Source of the DNA: Octopus sinensis
Taxonomy: Eukaryota
Reading direction: 5' to 3'
Assembly (NCBI RefSeq): GCF_006345805.1
Contig: NC_043006.1
Span: 84,258,001-84,322,000, forward strand
DNA length: 64,000 nucleotides
The notes beneath the pieces were generated by a model. The model saw nothing but the letters and a program-made list of their open reading frames with translations, did no database searches and had not been told where the DNA came from. The translations under genes and the position numbers were made by a program. This document shows, one piece after another, positions 1 to 13,010 of this stretch (the first letter of the stretch is position 1; the number at the start of each line of letters is the position of its first letter).

Positions 1-669
1 TATATTATATATATATATATAATATATATATATTATATATATATATATTATATATGTGTGTGTGTGTGTATGTATATATGTATCTGTGTGTGTACATATA
101 CTAAAATGTGCACTTATATATGTGTTCACATAAGACATAATGCAGTGAACACGCTGACACACACGCACATATACACGCATCCGCACATATATATGCATCC
201 GTCCGTACACACGCATACACGCACATACATACACATACTCATATATAGTTATAGACAATAGCGCTTTTATAAGTACAACACAATAGACATGCGGAATACG
301 GAGGCCCATACCGCCCACGCACATTCACACCTTGTATATTGGCAGAAACGTACTCTGCTACACTAAATTCATTACCTACGTATATATATACACACACACA
401 CATACATGGATATGCACACGTACACACACACACACACACACACACTTGCGAACGCGTACAAAATACCAAATTAGACATAGCGATAAGATAATGCATTTTA
501 CCAACTAAGCTTATACACACCGCGAAGAAACAAAACATTACCTGCGTTTAGAAATATTAATATATATATATATATATTATATATATATATATACATATAT
601 ATATATAATACATATTATATATATACGTATATATATGTATGTATATATATATATATGTACATATATATA

Positions 670-800
<131 letters not shown>

Positions 801-801
801 G

Positions 802-833
<32 letters not shown>

Positions 834-1615
834 CGTAAAAAATGCACTAACACGCATACATATCGACACTTACACATATCAATATAAGAACATGCATAAA
901 TACATAAGCATATATACACATACCACACATACACATACACACACAGACAAACACAGATACAGCCAAACAGACACACACACACACACACACACACCCACAC
1001 AGACCATGTAGATTATTAAGTACATGCTAGGCGCCATGAAAATTACACCCACACATACAAACATCTCCAAATGTTCTCACATGCATACATACATAATGCA
1101 TACATATATATATACACACATGCATACATAATGTGCACGGTAGTACGTGAACATCCACACACGTAGATGCACACACAGACACGCGTGCATAGCCACATAC
1201 TCCTCATAAAAGAAAAATATGGCAAACATATATTGCACACGCGTATACTAATCTCTCTTAATATACCTGCATCAAAAGTTATACTTATAGTGAACCATTG
1301 GAACGCGTGCGCGCCACACACATGCGCGTGCGCGCACACTCGCATACATACATATATACATACATCATTATATATATACATATATAAATATATATACATA
1401 CATATATACATCTATACATATATATACATATATATACATGTATGTATAGAAACTCAAATATATATACATATAATACATACAGATATAGTGTATGTGTATG
1501 TGTATATATATATATAATATATATATATATATATAATATATATATATATATATAAACGTATATATATATATATTCATACATACGCATGTATATATAAATG
1601 TGAGTGTGTTTGTAC

Positions 1616-1648
<33 letters not shown>

Positions 1649-2789
1649 CATGCATGTATGTTTGTATGTATGTACCTACATATGCTTGTATGTATGTATG
1701 TACGTACGTATATATGTTTGTATGTATAGATGTATGTACGTAGGTACGTATGTATGTTTTTATGTATGTATGTCTGCATTGTTTGCGTGTTGATTTGGGC
1801 ATTACATTGCAATAAGTGTATGCCTTCCATAATTAATCTGTTTTTTTATGAGGAATTTTATAAAGAATGTAAGTATTCTCCTGTAGTATTTCCAACCTAG
1901 TTTTGTTTTGTGGTTTATCATAAATTGTTTTCCAGTAGCTCCAATGAACTTAAACTGATATGCTGCAACATCAAAACTGGAAACTTCCTTTTCAGTAACG
2001 CACCACAATCATGTAAACCCGAGAAGAAATTAAGTATAGCCAATAGAATCAATAATTTTGACTGTAAAACTGAAAATCGTAAAATTCAGGACATTGGACA
2101 TACTAGTACCACACCTTCCCGTGTGTTTACTATGCATTTACAATATAGAGCTAAAGCAAAATTTTCTACTACTCATCAGGAAGCAAAATTAGATAGGAAA
2201 ATAAGAGGAGAAATCCTACATACTCTAAAATTTCTTCACAAAATGGAATGTACACTGTGTGTGTATGTTTGTGTGTGTGTGGCATGTGTGCGTGCTTGTG
2301 TTCACACATATATATGTTTGCGTGTATATGTGTATATATGTATATAGTGTTCAAAAAAATATCATACTACAGCAGTTAGTAAATATGGTATTTGTTTGAT
2401 GCGTCAATAGAAAAAGAGCGTGTTATAACGTTTTGTTTTGTTGGTTGTTCATCAGAAGAAAAGGAAGAAAAAGCGAAGCATGGGCAGAATGAGAAAGCTA
2501 AAAATTGAGTGTGCGAAAGAGGAAAAGAAAAGCGGGTGAGCATGACACACGAGAAAGGTAATTTGCTAGAAAGCAGAGGTGGGGAGAAAGTGGTGGAGGT
2601 GTAGATGCAAGTATCAGAGTATGTCCGTGTCTGGAAGTGGACATAAAGTGAAGTGGGCATAAGAGGTGTGGTGTGTCCGTGTAATAGTTTGCTGGGTAGT
2701 CTTAAAGAATGTTTGTGCGGAAGTGAGTTTTGCGTGAGAATAAAAATAATAAACAGGAGATGCAAATATATACACCCACCCACACACAC

Positions 2790-2975
2790 ATGTTAATCCC
2801 TACACATTTAATTTTCTCTCTCCGTCTTTTTTCGTTCTCTCTCCATTATTTTCCTCTCAGCCCTTTCTGATGAAGAGTGCGTAAGTTCGAAACGTCAATG
2901 ACTTTTCCATTGTTCCCGAGCGTCAAACTAATACACCTACTTTCTGTTCTCGCACCTGTCTTTTGTTTTCTATAA
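2790..2975 (+). mobile_element. Penelope-like element pseudo-LTR with minimal hammerhead ribozyme motif
   Basis: CTGATGA (2867-2873), stem II, then GAAACGTC (2889-2896). The following tail (CTAATACA...CACCTGTCTT) recurs at about 3730-3790, 39190-39250 (-) and 52490-52550 (-). Confidence 0.7.
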
Positions 2976-2981
2976 ATTTAT

Positions 2982-3053
<72 letters not shown>

Positions 3054-3059
3054 CATCTA

Positions 3060-3790
3060 TTGCATCTCCTGCTCTCTGCTTCCCTGTACATCGGACAAAC
3101 GGGAAGCCGCTTGGCTGACCAGTTCGCGGAACACCTCCGAGACATCCGTCTCGCCAATTACACACCAGTCTCACGCCATTTCCGCTCCACCGGTCACTCC
3201 TTGCAACACCTGTCTGTGTTCGGATTATCCTTGCACAGAGGCCATCCGGATTCCCGCTTGCGCCGTGAACAGGGATTAATCTTCTCTCTTCGTTCTTTTA
3301 CGCCATTTGGGCTCAACTCTCCCCATTTTCATCTAACCTCCTACTTCTCTTCAGTCCTTCATCTTTTCACCCCTACTCTCTTTCCCTCCTCTTCCCTTCT
3401 TTCCCTTCTTCCCCCTTCTTCCCTCTTCTTCTTTCTTCTTCCCTCTTCCCCTTCTCTCTTTCTCTCTGCTCCCTCACTCCCCTTATCTCCCCCTCTCTCC
3501 CCCTCTCTCCCCCTCCTCCTCTCCCTACCACTCCCCTCCTTCCCCTCCCCCTTTTCCTCCTCTCCCTCCTTCTCCTCCTCTCTCCCCTGAAGTCAGAACG
3601 CCATGATAGACCGTTAGCTTCTACACGCATTTTTTCTCTCTCCTTGTTTCACTCTTTGTTTCTTTTCTGTGTATCTTTCTGTCGAAGAGCGTAGGCTCGA
3701 AACGTAAAAGACTTGTTCTATTTCTATTCCTATACATTTGTTTGTACTCCACCTGCCTTCGTCTTTTGTTTATTTTCGGAAACCTTCCCG
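3060..3790 (+). mobile_element. Penelope-like retroelement 3' fragment: GIY-YIG endonuclease C-terminus, pyrimidine tract and pLTR
   Basis: ORF 3060 reads LYIGQTGSRLADQFAEHLRDIR...PVSRHF...HS...RLRREQGLIFSLRSFTPFGLN, the typical PLE GIY-YIG C-terminus. Hammerhead-like motif at 3675-3710. Confidence 0.85.
3675..3710 (+). ncRNA. Minimal hammerhead ribozyme-like motif with variant core CUGUCGA
   Basis: cttt-CTGTCGA-agagc gtag gctc-GAAAC-GTA-aaag: stem I cttt/aaag, stem II gagc/gctc. Confidence 0.6.
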
Positions 3791-3847
<57 letters not shown>

Positions 3848-4059
3848 CATACATAAATACATACATATACGTGTGTGTATATATGTAAGCGTGTGTATGT
3901 TCTTGTGTATGTGAGTATGAACGCGTGCGTGTGTGCATGTGCCGTAACGTATTTAGCGTAACTGGTGTCTGTATTAGAAAAGACGCCAGAACTTTAGGAA
4001 GAAATTCGTGGATTTCTACGTCAGCGTAGAGAACGTATAGAAAAATTTGCAACATACCG

Positions 4060-4250
4060 CGGTTGGCAAACACAATAAAAATACCAATTATTCAATGTTT
4101 GATGAAAGAGAATTCTTTTTAACGTTTAGGACTGAAATCCTTCATCAGATAGAAGAGAAAGAATGAGAGAAGGTAAAAGAAAGAAAAAGCGTAGAGCCGA
4201 AAGCTACCTTTTACTGTCGCTAATGCCTTTCCAAAATAGCACAAGCGTAA
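4060..4250 (-). mobile_element. Degenerate Penelope-like pLTR with hammerhead-like motif
   Basis: Minus strand of 4117-4152 reads CTGATGA-aggatttcagtcc-TAAAC-GTTaaa (GAAA mutated to TAAA). Confidence 0.45.
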
Positions 4251-4484
4251 GAAATACGTGATCTTTCGGGTCTCATTTCTTTCGATTTTTTCTCTCTCTT
4301 GTTCTCTCTCACTCTCTCTTTCTTCCTTTGTCCCTTTCTCTTCTCTCTCCCTCTCTCTCCTCTTCGCATTTCTCTACTACGAAGGAACATCACACCGAAA
4401 ATATTTCTCTTCCCCCAATTGTGCAATTATTTTTGACGAGTTTGCATTGCTCCTGTGTTGCTGTCTGTCTGTCTGCCGCTCTCA

Positions 4485-4527
<43 letters not shown>

Positions 4528-5244
4528 CACACACACACACACACACACATACAAAGTAATGGAACAGAGATTTGTCATCGCAGCAGGTACCTTCTTAGCA
4601 CTATGAAATAATCTAGATCTGGCTACGTACACCGGATGATAGAGAATGTGCGTAATTGTTTAAGACAAGCATTTTAAAGATTCTTCGATAGGAAAATCCT
4701 GAGTTCATACCATTCGATTTCATACAGCATATAGAGTATATAATCAAAACATCTTAAAGAAGAATGGCGAAGTATTCATCTTTAAAATTTATTTATCACT
4801 GTATTATTCTCAATAAATTTATATTATTGAGAATAATATAATAACGATAATACCATAATAAATAAATGTTGGAGATATATAATTCTGCATTTTTCTTTTC
4901 GTTGTCTTGATATATAAATAATATCGAACGCACATACGCAAGATATGTGTTTTGCTAGTTCGTGGCAAAGCTGCGCTTATAAGTACAAGAGAATGTATTC
5001 TCATCAATTCGCCTGGTGTTAAAACACCTAAAAGTCATAGACAAGCGAGAAAATTCGCATTTGGTCCCATTCAGGAGCTATAAACATCGATGTTTCGTGA
5101 TTTTTGTCATTGCCAATATCGTGTACAAAATTGTGTAAGAACCATCTGTTGGTATGTCCCAACGCTTCATACCACGGAAAAAATTCAAATATGATGAGAA
5201 GCAACTCCGGGTATATAAAAATATCGAGCACAACATACATATAT

Positions 5245-5291
<47 letters not shown>

Positions 5292-5578
5292 GTACACTCT
5301 TCTACACACTCTCTCCTCTTCTCTCTTATATATATCTATTATATATTATATATATATATATATAATATATATAAAGAGAGAGAGAGAGGCTAACATGCAA
5401 AGATAATATGTGTTTGCATGTGTGTGGTGTATATGTGTGTGTGTACGTGTGTAAGAATGTGCGTTAGTGTGTGTATATCTGTATGTATACAAAATGATAC
5501 ACTTATAAGAAAAACCAAGGCTAACTACGGTGGAAACCGTTTCTCACAAACATACACAAACGTTCAACGTAGAAAATT

Positions 5579-5615
<37 letters not shown>

Positions 5616-6048
5616 ACACACACACACACATACACACATCACACACACACACACCACACACACATACACACTGATAGGAATTTCTAATATATTTTTTACC
5701 GAAAAAACTTCACAATTCATCAAGAATTTGTTATTAATTTTTTTTTCGTTTCTGATTTACATTACAAAACAAGGTAATATACATATATAAAAAAAAATTA
5801 GGAGGTCAACCAATTTCTTTTCACATGGAATTAATGAGTTACGGATGGTTCTGAGGATAAAGAAAGGACATGGCATTAATGGTGTTCGCAGTTTGATCGA
5901 TTGATGTATGTAATGTAGCTTCAATTTAATTTGTTTAATTAGAGAAAATCAATCGGTGAGAAGAGGAGATAAGAAGAAAAAACAGATGTATTCAGCACAG
6001 AAAATAATTGATGTTTGTGTGTGTGTGTGCGTATATAATACACATTCA

Positions 6049-6086
<38 letters not shown>

Positions 6087-6214
6087 CACACGCACGCACA
6101 CACACACGTACGCACACACACACACGTATGTATGTATGTATGTATATATACATATATATATGTATATGTATGTATATGTATATATAGATATATATACACA
6201 CACAAACATATATA

Positions 6215-6982
6215 TATATAAAAGGCAGTTTGTCTGTCTGTGTGTGTGTCTGTCTGTGTGTCTGTCAGGTTGTACCCTCACCCTGACCACGGCTTTCAAC
6301 CGATTTTGATGAAACTTGACACACACATAGCCCAATGTCATAATTCAAAACTAACGCAGCGAAAATTTTGAAAAGTTCTCCCAGTTCTGAAAAAAATCGA
6401 TAAATTCGACATGGGGTCGAGAATCTAAGCTTATCACATGCAACACATTTTCCGTTGTAGTTTTCGCAACTTGCAATCGATTTTCACCAAACTCACGGTG
6501 AAGCTTAATGTTACCCTAAGGAACTTAATTCTTACGTTAGTTTTCCATGCAATACCTTACCATCAGAAAAATCGATAAAATCATGCCATTTTGGGAAATC
6601 GCGTTCAAATTCAAGATGACATATTTTCGACAATAACTTTAACAAATTGGCAGGAATTTTTTTTTAATTCACAGCGGGCATCATGTCTGCTCCAAGGAGC
6701 TATATGGTCCTTTTGATTCCAATAGGATACGTTATTACTGGAAAGAATCGGTTAATTACATCATATGTGGCACACATAGCAAACCGATTTTTGAAAGTTC
6801 ACATAGATTTTCCCTACTTCTTAATGCATGCAAAGAAACGGTGCCTTGAATGCCTTAATGCCTTTTAGGCTTCATTTTACAAAATTACGGTTCAATGAGT
6901 ACAAAAAAGGGTAAAATGGTAAAGGGCATTGCTTATCGACAAAGTTTGTTACATACCCGAGCAACGCCGGGCTATGCTGCTA

Positions 6983-6983
<1 letters not shown>
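6215..6983 (+). mobile_element. Non-autonomous Helitron
   Basis: 3' hairpin CCCGAGCAACGCCGGG followed by CTAG|T (6980-6983). The 5' ~200 bp are shared with 25100-25484 and 36230-36684. Confidence 0.8.
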
Positions 6984-7017
<34 letters not shown>

Positions 7018-7095
7018 AATACAAATATACATATACACCCACACATATATACATATATATATGCATATATATATATATGTGTATATATATGTATA

Positions 7096-7181
<86 letters not shown>

Positions 7182-7527
7182 GTGTGTATATATATGTATA
7201 TATATGTATATATATGTGTATGTATATATATGGAGAGAAATAACTTCCTAAATATAAGCTTTTCTTAAAAACGCTAAGAGTAAAAGATGTTTTATATGAC
7301 ACATTCTAGTAGTGTCCGAAGTTTGAAAGTGTTTAGTTACAAAAAATTATTCTTTAAATCTGTCGGTCAAAATGTAAAGATCCCATAATAAATATTATTG
7401 ATGTCACACACTTAATGTAAGCGTTTTGTTTACATAATATTTTGGGCTGCGGTTTTACGTCCTGGAAGAGTCTCTATAAGGCGTAGAGTGTAAAAAGAAA
7501 ACCCCACTGTATACGTCAATGTAAATA

Positions 7528-7946
7528 CCTATTTCTTTACTACCCACAGGGGGCTAAACACAGAAGGGACAAACAAGGACAGACAAACGGATTAAGTCGA
7601 TTATATCGACCCCAGTGTGTAACTGGTACTTATTTAATCTACCTCGAAAGGATGAAAGGTAAAGTCGACCTCGGCGGAATTTGAACTCAGAACGTAGCGG
7701 CAGACGAAATACCTATTTCTTTATTACCCACAAGGGGCTAAACACAGAGGGGACAAACAAGGACAGACATAGGTATTAAGTCGATTACATCGACCCCAGT
7801 GCGTAACTGGTACTTAATTTATCGACCCCGAAAGGATGAAAGGCAAAGTCGACCTCGGCGGAATTTGAACTCACGACGTAACGACAGACGAAATACCGCT
7901 AAGCATTTCGCCCGGTACGCTAACGTTTCTGCCAGCTCGCCGCCTT
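7528..7946 (-). mobile_element. tRNA-derived SINE family A, tandem dimer
   Basis: Minus strand GGCGGCGAGCTGGCAGAAACGTTAG...GAGTTCAAATTCC (A/B boxes) and the CCTTTCATCCTTTCGGGGTCGAT central domain. Direct repeat CAATGTAAATA at 7517-7527 and 7950-7960 is a likely TSD. Confidence 0.9.
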
Positions 7947-8057
7947 TTCCAATGTAAATAACGAACTCCAAAAAGCATTTAAACAAAACACATGCATTAA
8001 TTATGCGACATCAATGTTTAATTATTGGAGCTGCTTGTAACTCAAAATTTAATTTAA

Positions 8058-8269
8058 TTTTATTTGTTTCAGGCATTTGGCTGCGGCCATGCTATAGCAC
8101 CGCCTTGGAGTGCTTTTGTCGAACAATTCAACCTCTACAAACATTTTTAAGCCTACTACTTACTCTATTGGTCTCTTTGCGGAACCGCGACGAGGACGTA
8201 AACACACCAACACCTGTTGTCAACCGTTGATGTGTGGACAAAAACAGACACGAAGACACACATACATAT

Positions 8270-8300
<31 letters not shown>

Positions 8301-8537
8301 TATAATATATATATATATATATATAATATATATATATATACAAACATACAGACATACACACATACATATATACACGACGGGTTTCTTTCAGTTTCCGTCT
8401 ACCAAATCCACTCACAAGGCTTCGGTCGCCCGAGGCTATAGTAGAAAACACTCGCCCAAGATGCTACGCAGTGGGACTGAACCTGGAACCATGTGGTTGG
8501 GAAGCAAGTTTCTTACCACACAGCCATGCCTGCGCCC
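8058..8537 (-). mobile_element. tRNA-derived CORE-like SINE family B with internal (TA)n/(TG)n microsatellite
   Basis: Head GGCGCAGGCATGGCTGTGTGGTAAG...GGTTCAGTCCC, CORE-like CTTGGGCGAGT, microsatellite, then tail GGCGGTGCTATAGCATGGCCGCAG. Confidence 0.85.
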
Positions 8538-8905
8538 TATACATTATTGTATAATGCATTACAGAGGTCTATAATGAAGTAATTCCCATGGACGATGAAC
8601 TCGTTGGATAATAACATCTGAATTTACACAATGTCTGAAATATACGATGGGAAGGTCGAGGGTGGAACGCCTTTGATCATAGGTTTCTTGGTCAGGGCCA
8701 TTAGGAGGCAAAAATCTCCCATAACCGCAATAAAAATTTTAAGGTGCGTGTTTAAGATTTAGAGATGTTCAGTTTTAAATTAGAGATGTAATTAGAGCGT
8801 GTTGTAGTTAATTAGGCACACGATTGCATGATAAATGTGTAATCAGTAACTAAGGATGTTGATGTTGATGGCGATGATGATGACGACGGTCACAACGATG
8901 GCGGC

Positions 8906-8945
<40 letters not shown>

Positions 8946-9178
8946 GTGATGATGACAACGACGACAACGACTACAACGTTGGCGGCGATGATGATAACCT
9001 AATGATGACGATGGTGGTTGTGATGGTAATGATTTCGTTACAATTGCCCCGATGACATTGAAAACGACACCCGCTGATGAGGATGACGAAGATCACAACG
9101 CTGGCGACGACCGCGACGGCCTTGATAGCCGCGACGGCAACGACCACGGAGACGACGACGACGACGCGAAGTTGCTGT

Positions 9179-9231
<53 letters not shown>

Positions 9232-9232
9232 C

Positions 9233-9558
9233 TGTTGAGCGAACGGTCTTCGTCCCAGAGCTCGCAAGATGGGAGAAGTCCGAAACGTGGTCCTTTACTA
9301 TTCGTAAGACCCGCAGAAGAGAAAGCAGGTCAACCCCCGACACCGAGAGCGTAGGAAGTCGGGGACAAGAAACAGGAAGAAAGAGTGAGAGAAAGTTGGA
9401 GCGAAAGAGTACGACAGGTGTCACCCCCACCCTCTGCCGGAGCTCGTGGAGCTTTGGGTGTTTTCGCTCAATAAACACACAACGCTCGGTCTGGGAATCG
9501 AAACCGCGATCCTCCGACCGCGAGTCCGCTGCCCTAACCACTGGGCCATTGCGCCTCC
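9233..9558 (-). mobile_element. tRNA-derived SINE family C (OK-SINE-like)
   Basis: Head GGAGGCGCAATGGCCCAGTGGTTAGGGCAGCGGACTCGCGG...GGTTTCGATTCCC. A closely similar copy lies at 31762-32092 (+). Confidence 0.85.
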
Positions 9559-9930
9559 CGCTGCTGTTGCTGCTGCTGCTGCTACTAGTACTGCTCCTGC
9601 TGCTGCTGATGATGTTGATAATTATGATGATGATGGTGATATAGAACGGATTATGCTCTAGTTTTGATTTCGATTTTCACTTCGACAGGAAAAGGTGGGT
9701 ATCAATAACATTGATAGAAACGAAAAGTACGAAAACCACCTCCAGCGTCTCGATGACTGATATCATATTACGACCTGCCAATAACAAAGAACAAAGCAAC
9801 TAAAAGCATTGATAGCGCTTCCCCACCCATAAAGAGCTGATAACCGCCTGCACATACATAGACACAGACACACACACACTGCAGTAAGCTCGGAATTTTG
9901 ACCCAGTTTAATTTTGATCATGCCTTACCA

Positions 9931-10144
9931 TACGAGGGGCTGCTGAAAAGTTCCTGGGCTTTGTGTAAAAGAGAATACAGGAGGATCAGTTAATTATGAT
10001 CTTATTCCATCTATTTCCCCCAGACTCACACACTTATTGCAGCTGTGTTTCAGTTTTTCTAAAGCTTGCAAAAGAATTCGGAAGGTTGAGCCTCCAGCCA
10101 GGTCTTTCGCGACACTCTTAAAGCCAAGAACTTTTCAGAACCCT

Positions 10145-10151
<7 letters not shown>
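9931..10151. mobile_element. Mariner-type MITE
   Basis: TIRs TACGAGGGGCTGCTGAAAAGTTCCTGG and CCAAGAACTTTTCAGAACCCTCCTCGTG; no coding capacity. Confidence 0.75.
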
Positions 10152-10190
<39 letters not shown>

Positions 10191-10228
10191 TGTGTGTGTG
10201 TGTGTGTGCGTGCGCTCACGTGTGTGTA

Positions 10229-10798
10229 TACGAGGTACCGCTGAAAGGTTTCTGGCTTTGGGTAAAAGAAAATACAGGAGAAAATACATAATCAATTATG
10301 ATTTTATTCAACACTAGCACTATGACCCGGCGTTGCCGGGTCATAGAGCAAGTGCATGCATATACATCTGCCTGCGTGCGCACATACACGCGATTACTGC
10401 ACAAATCTCCGACCAATCACATACAACTAGCTGGCATAAAATAGCGTATCAAGTTTCGGGCATTTGATTGGGTTTTGCATAGAAAATTCACCAGAAATCA
10501 CTTCTATTGATTTTTTTAATGGCTTTGCGGCGTGACTGGGGAAATGTAAAGATGTGCACGACCACCCTTGGACGGTTTTGAATGGCCATAGAAAGTGCGA
10601 GCCCTCTAGCTGAAAATTGTGGATTTGTATAAAGGACACACACACAGACAGACGGACATTTTGCAGTTTATATGTAGAGAGATATTCCCCTCTCATATTC
10701 ACTCAGTTATTGCAGCGGTCCTTCAAATTTTCTAAGCCCTGTAAAAGAACTCTTTCGCGACACCCTTAAAGCCGGGAACTTTTCAGCACTCCCTCGTA
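10229..10798. mobile_element. Second copy of the mariner-type MITE, split by a Helitron
   Basis: TIRs TACGAGGTACCGCTGAAAGGTTTCTGG and CCGGGAACTTTTCAGCACTCCCTCGTA. Colinear with 9931-10151 once 10314-10682 is removed. Confidence 0.75.
10314..10682 (-). mobile_element. Non-autonomous Helitron nested in a MITE
   Basis: Minus strand A|TCTCTCTACATATAAAC...CCCGGCAACGCCGGG-TCATAGTG-CTAG|T. Inserted between A and T with no TSD. Confidence 0.85.
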
Positions 10799-11084
10799 CG
10801 TCGTTCTGTGATCCACTAGAACGCATCATCAGTGGTATTTCATAAGATCATTACGAGTATCGGGTTTTTTAACAACCAGGCACCTTCATCCAGGTGACCC
10901 AGCCAGGGATGATTGAGCTGCAGCTTAGCAATAATTCTGGTAACACTGCTCTTTTCCTGGGCTCAAAGTGCTTGATCTACAACCAACTTGATGACCTTCC
11001 GTTTACTGACTCCTCTATTGTTGCAAGCTCTGTAACTATTTCACATCCACTATGCTCTATATATCTACGATATTTAACAAGAAT

Positions 11085-11345
11085 GTTAATCCCTGTACGA
11101 TTCTTGGTGGCGTGTTGTGTCCTTGAACAAGACACTTTATATAAACGGTGCTCCAGTCTACTCAGCAAGCAAAAATGAGTAGCACCTGCATTTCAAGGAG
11201 ATAACCTTGTCACACATGTGTGTAACGCTGAATCTCCCTCAAAAGTATGTGAAGGAGTATCCGTGTCTGTGGAGTGGTCAGCCACTTGCACCTTAATCTC
11301 ACGAGCAAGCTGTGTATGTTTTATATTCGTGTGAGCCTTCTATTT
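11085..11345 (+). mobile_element. Degenerate SINE family D
   Basis: GTTGTGTCCTTGAACAAGACACTTTAT...CCAGTCTACTCAG...CCTTGTCACAC matches the minus-strand copy at 35060-35410. Confidence 0.6.
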
Positions 11346-11449
11346 GTACTTTGGCCCGATACACAATCCTTTTCTCCAGACATTTTCCTTCCAACGGATA
11401 GGAGGTCTCATCTTTGTAATTACAATTCTTCGGATTTGAATAAGCACTG

Positions 11450-12065
11450 CAGCTATCTGTAATTATTTTAGTATTGCGTTGGCTAATGAAAGAGGCGAAG
11501 TTTTTACAACAAGAATAGCTTATCTTCAGCGTTCTTCTATTAAATATTCTGTAAAACTAGGTTGAAAATGCTTAGAAACTAATTTTAAGAATTATCTACC
11601 TATATTAGTTTTTATGCTATATTAAATGCTGGTTTGAACCACAAAACCCTCCTATTTCTAGTTCTACGTGTGGTATTGTTGTTTGCATTAACTTGGTTGT
11701 ACTGGATCTTCTCAGAGAATCCACCATTCTTTAATACGCTGTTGTAATAGGGTGCAGCATTTTGAAATGCTATCTCATCCGAAGAAATCGATACTATCTT
11801 ACCTACATTACTGACTAAGTTCCTAAGAATAATTGGTGGTTGATTAGATTCTTTGCTAATATAAGATAGGTTTTTATTAGGCTTACGGTAAGGTTTGAAT
11901 TTATCTAACTGTAGATCTGAATTTATGGGTGAGTATAAGGCCGTCATAATTTAAACGTCCATGAATTAGATAAGCTTAGGAAGGATCTAATTGTTTTCTT
12001 TCAAAGGATGGGTTTACGGATTACGATAGATAGTAATCTTAGAAGCGTAGGTTTCTTAGATATGA
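11450..12065. mobile_element. Penelope-like RT C-terminal/linker fragment with an internal inversion
   Basis: Minus 11947 to 11470: KPYRKPN..YISKESNQPP..FQNAAPYYN..RRVLWFKPAFN..RIFNRRTLKISYSC. Plus 11955-12065: ELDKLRKDLIVFFQRMGLRITIDSNLRSVGFLD. Confidence 0.75.
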
Positions 12066-12223
12066 ATACAGGACATCCCCAACAGCAAATAACATGAAAT
12101 ACGAAAACAAATGAGTTCAATTCGCAAACAACGACAGAAATAAATAGAAAACAGGACAAGTAACACAAAGAACGACCCTCCATCAGTTGTCGGCTGTCTA
12201 TCTACTCCTCATTTCGAGCATAC

Positions 12224-12277
<54 letters not shown>

Positions 12278-12278
12278 T

Positions 12279-12321
<43 letters not shown>

Positions 12322-12567
12322 CTGTATGTATGTATGTATGTATCTATCTATCTATACTCGTAAAATACTGTGTACATTTAAACACATTAGGAATCCACTC
12401 GTGGAATCAACACGCTAGAAAGAACAGCTAGGTTCTATAACCACAAAACTAGGGATAAAATCCGACAGGAACGAAATGAAAAAATAAAAGCATTTTACCA
12501 TCTAGTTTCCTGGACCAATTGGTTTCTGATTTTAGTTTAGTAAAAAAATAATATTCGCTAGGTGAAA

Positions 12568-12797
12568 TCTTCTTCAACAGGTACACCTTAGATTAAATAT
12601 ATAAAAAACGAAGCGATCAACTACGTGCCTCTTGTTTATACATCCTAATTTTTTCAAAATCTATTGCGCAGACGCAGCCCCTCACCGGCAATAAAAAAAA
12701 TGCCAACTTTTAAAATCCGAAAATTATCCAAAAACTTCACATAGTTGATCGCCTCTTGTTTTACATATTTAATCAAAGGTGTACCTGTTGAAGAAGC
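12568..12797. mobile_element. MITE-like element with ~60-bp inverted termini
   Basis: CTTCTTCAACAGGTACACCTTAGATTAAATAT...GCGATCAACTACGTG is matched by its reverse complement at about 12738-12797. Confidence 0.65.
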
Positions 12798-12977
12798 ACC
12801 GCCTTTAGTCGAACGAATCGACCCCAGAACTTATTCTTTGTAAGCCTAGTACTTATTTTACCGGTGTTCTTTTGCCGAATCACTGTTACGGGTACGTAAA
12901 CAAACGATCATTGGTTGTCAAGCGATGGTGGGGGAACAAACACAGACACAGACACAGACAGACAGACAGACAGACAG

Positions 12978-13010
<33 letters not shown>

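Noticed and set aside
1910-2347. 145-aa plus-strand ORF
   Set aside because: Non-ATG start, no recognisable motif, and it runs into a microsatellite.
9480-9558. tRNA-like sequence (also 31762, 35330-35410, and SINE A/B heads)
   Set aside because: These continue into multicopy SINE bodies and lack a complete cloverleaf; they are SINE heads, not tRNA genes.
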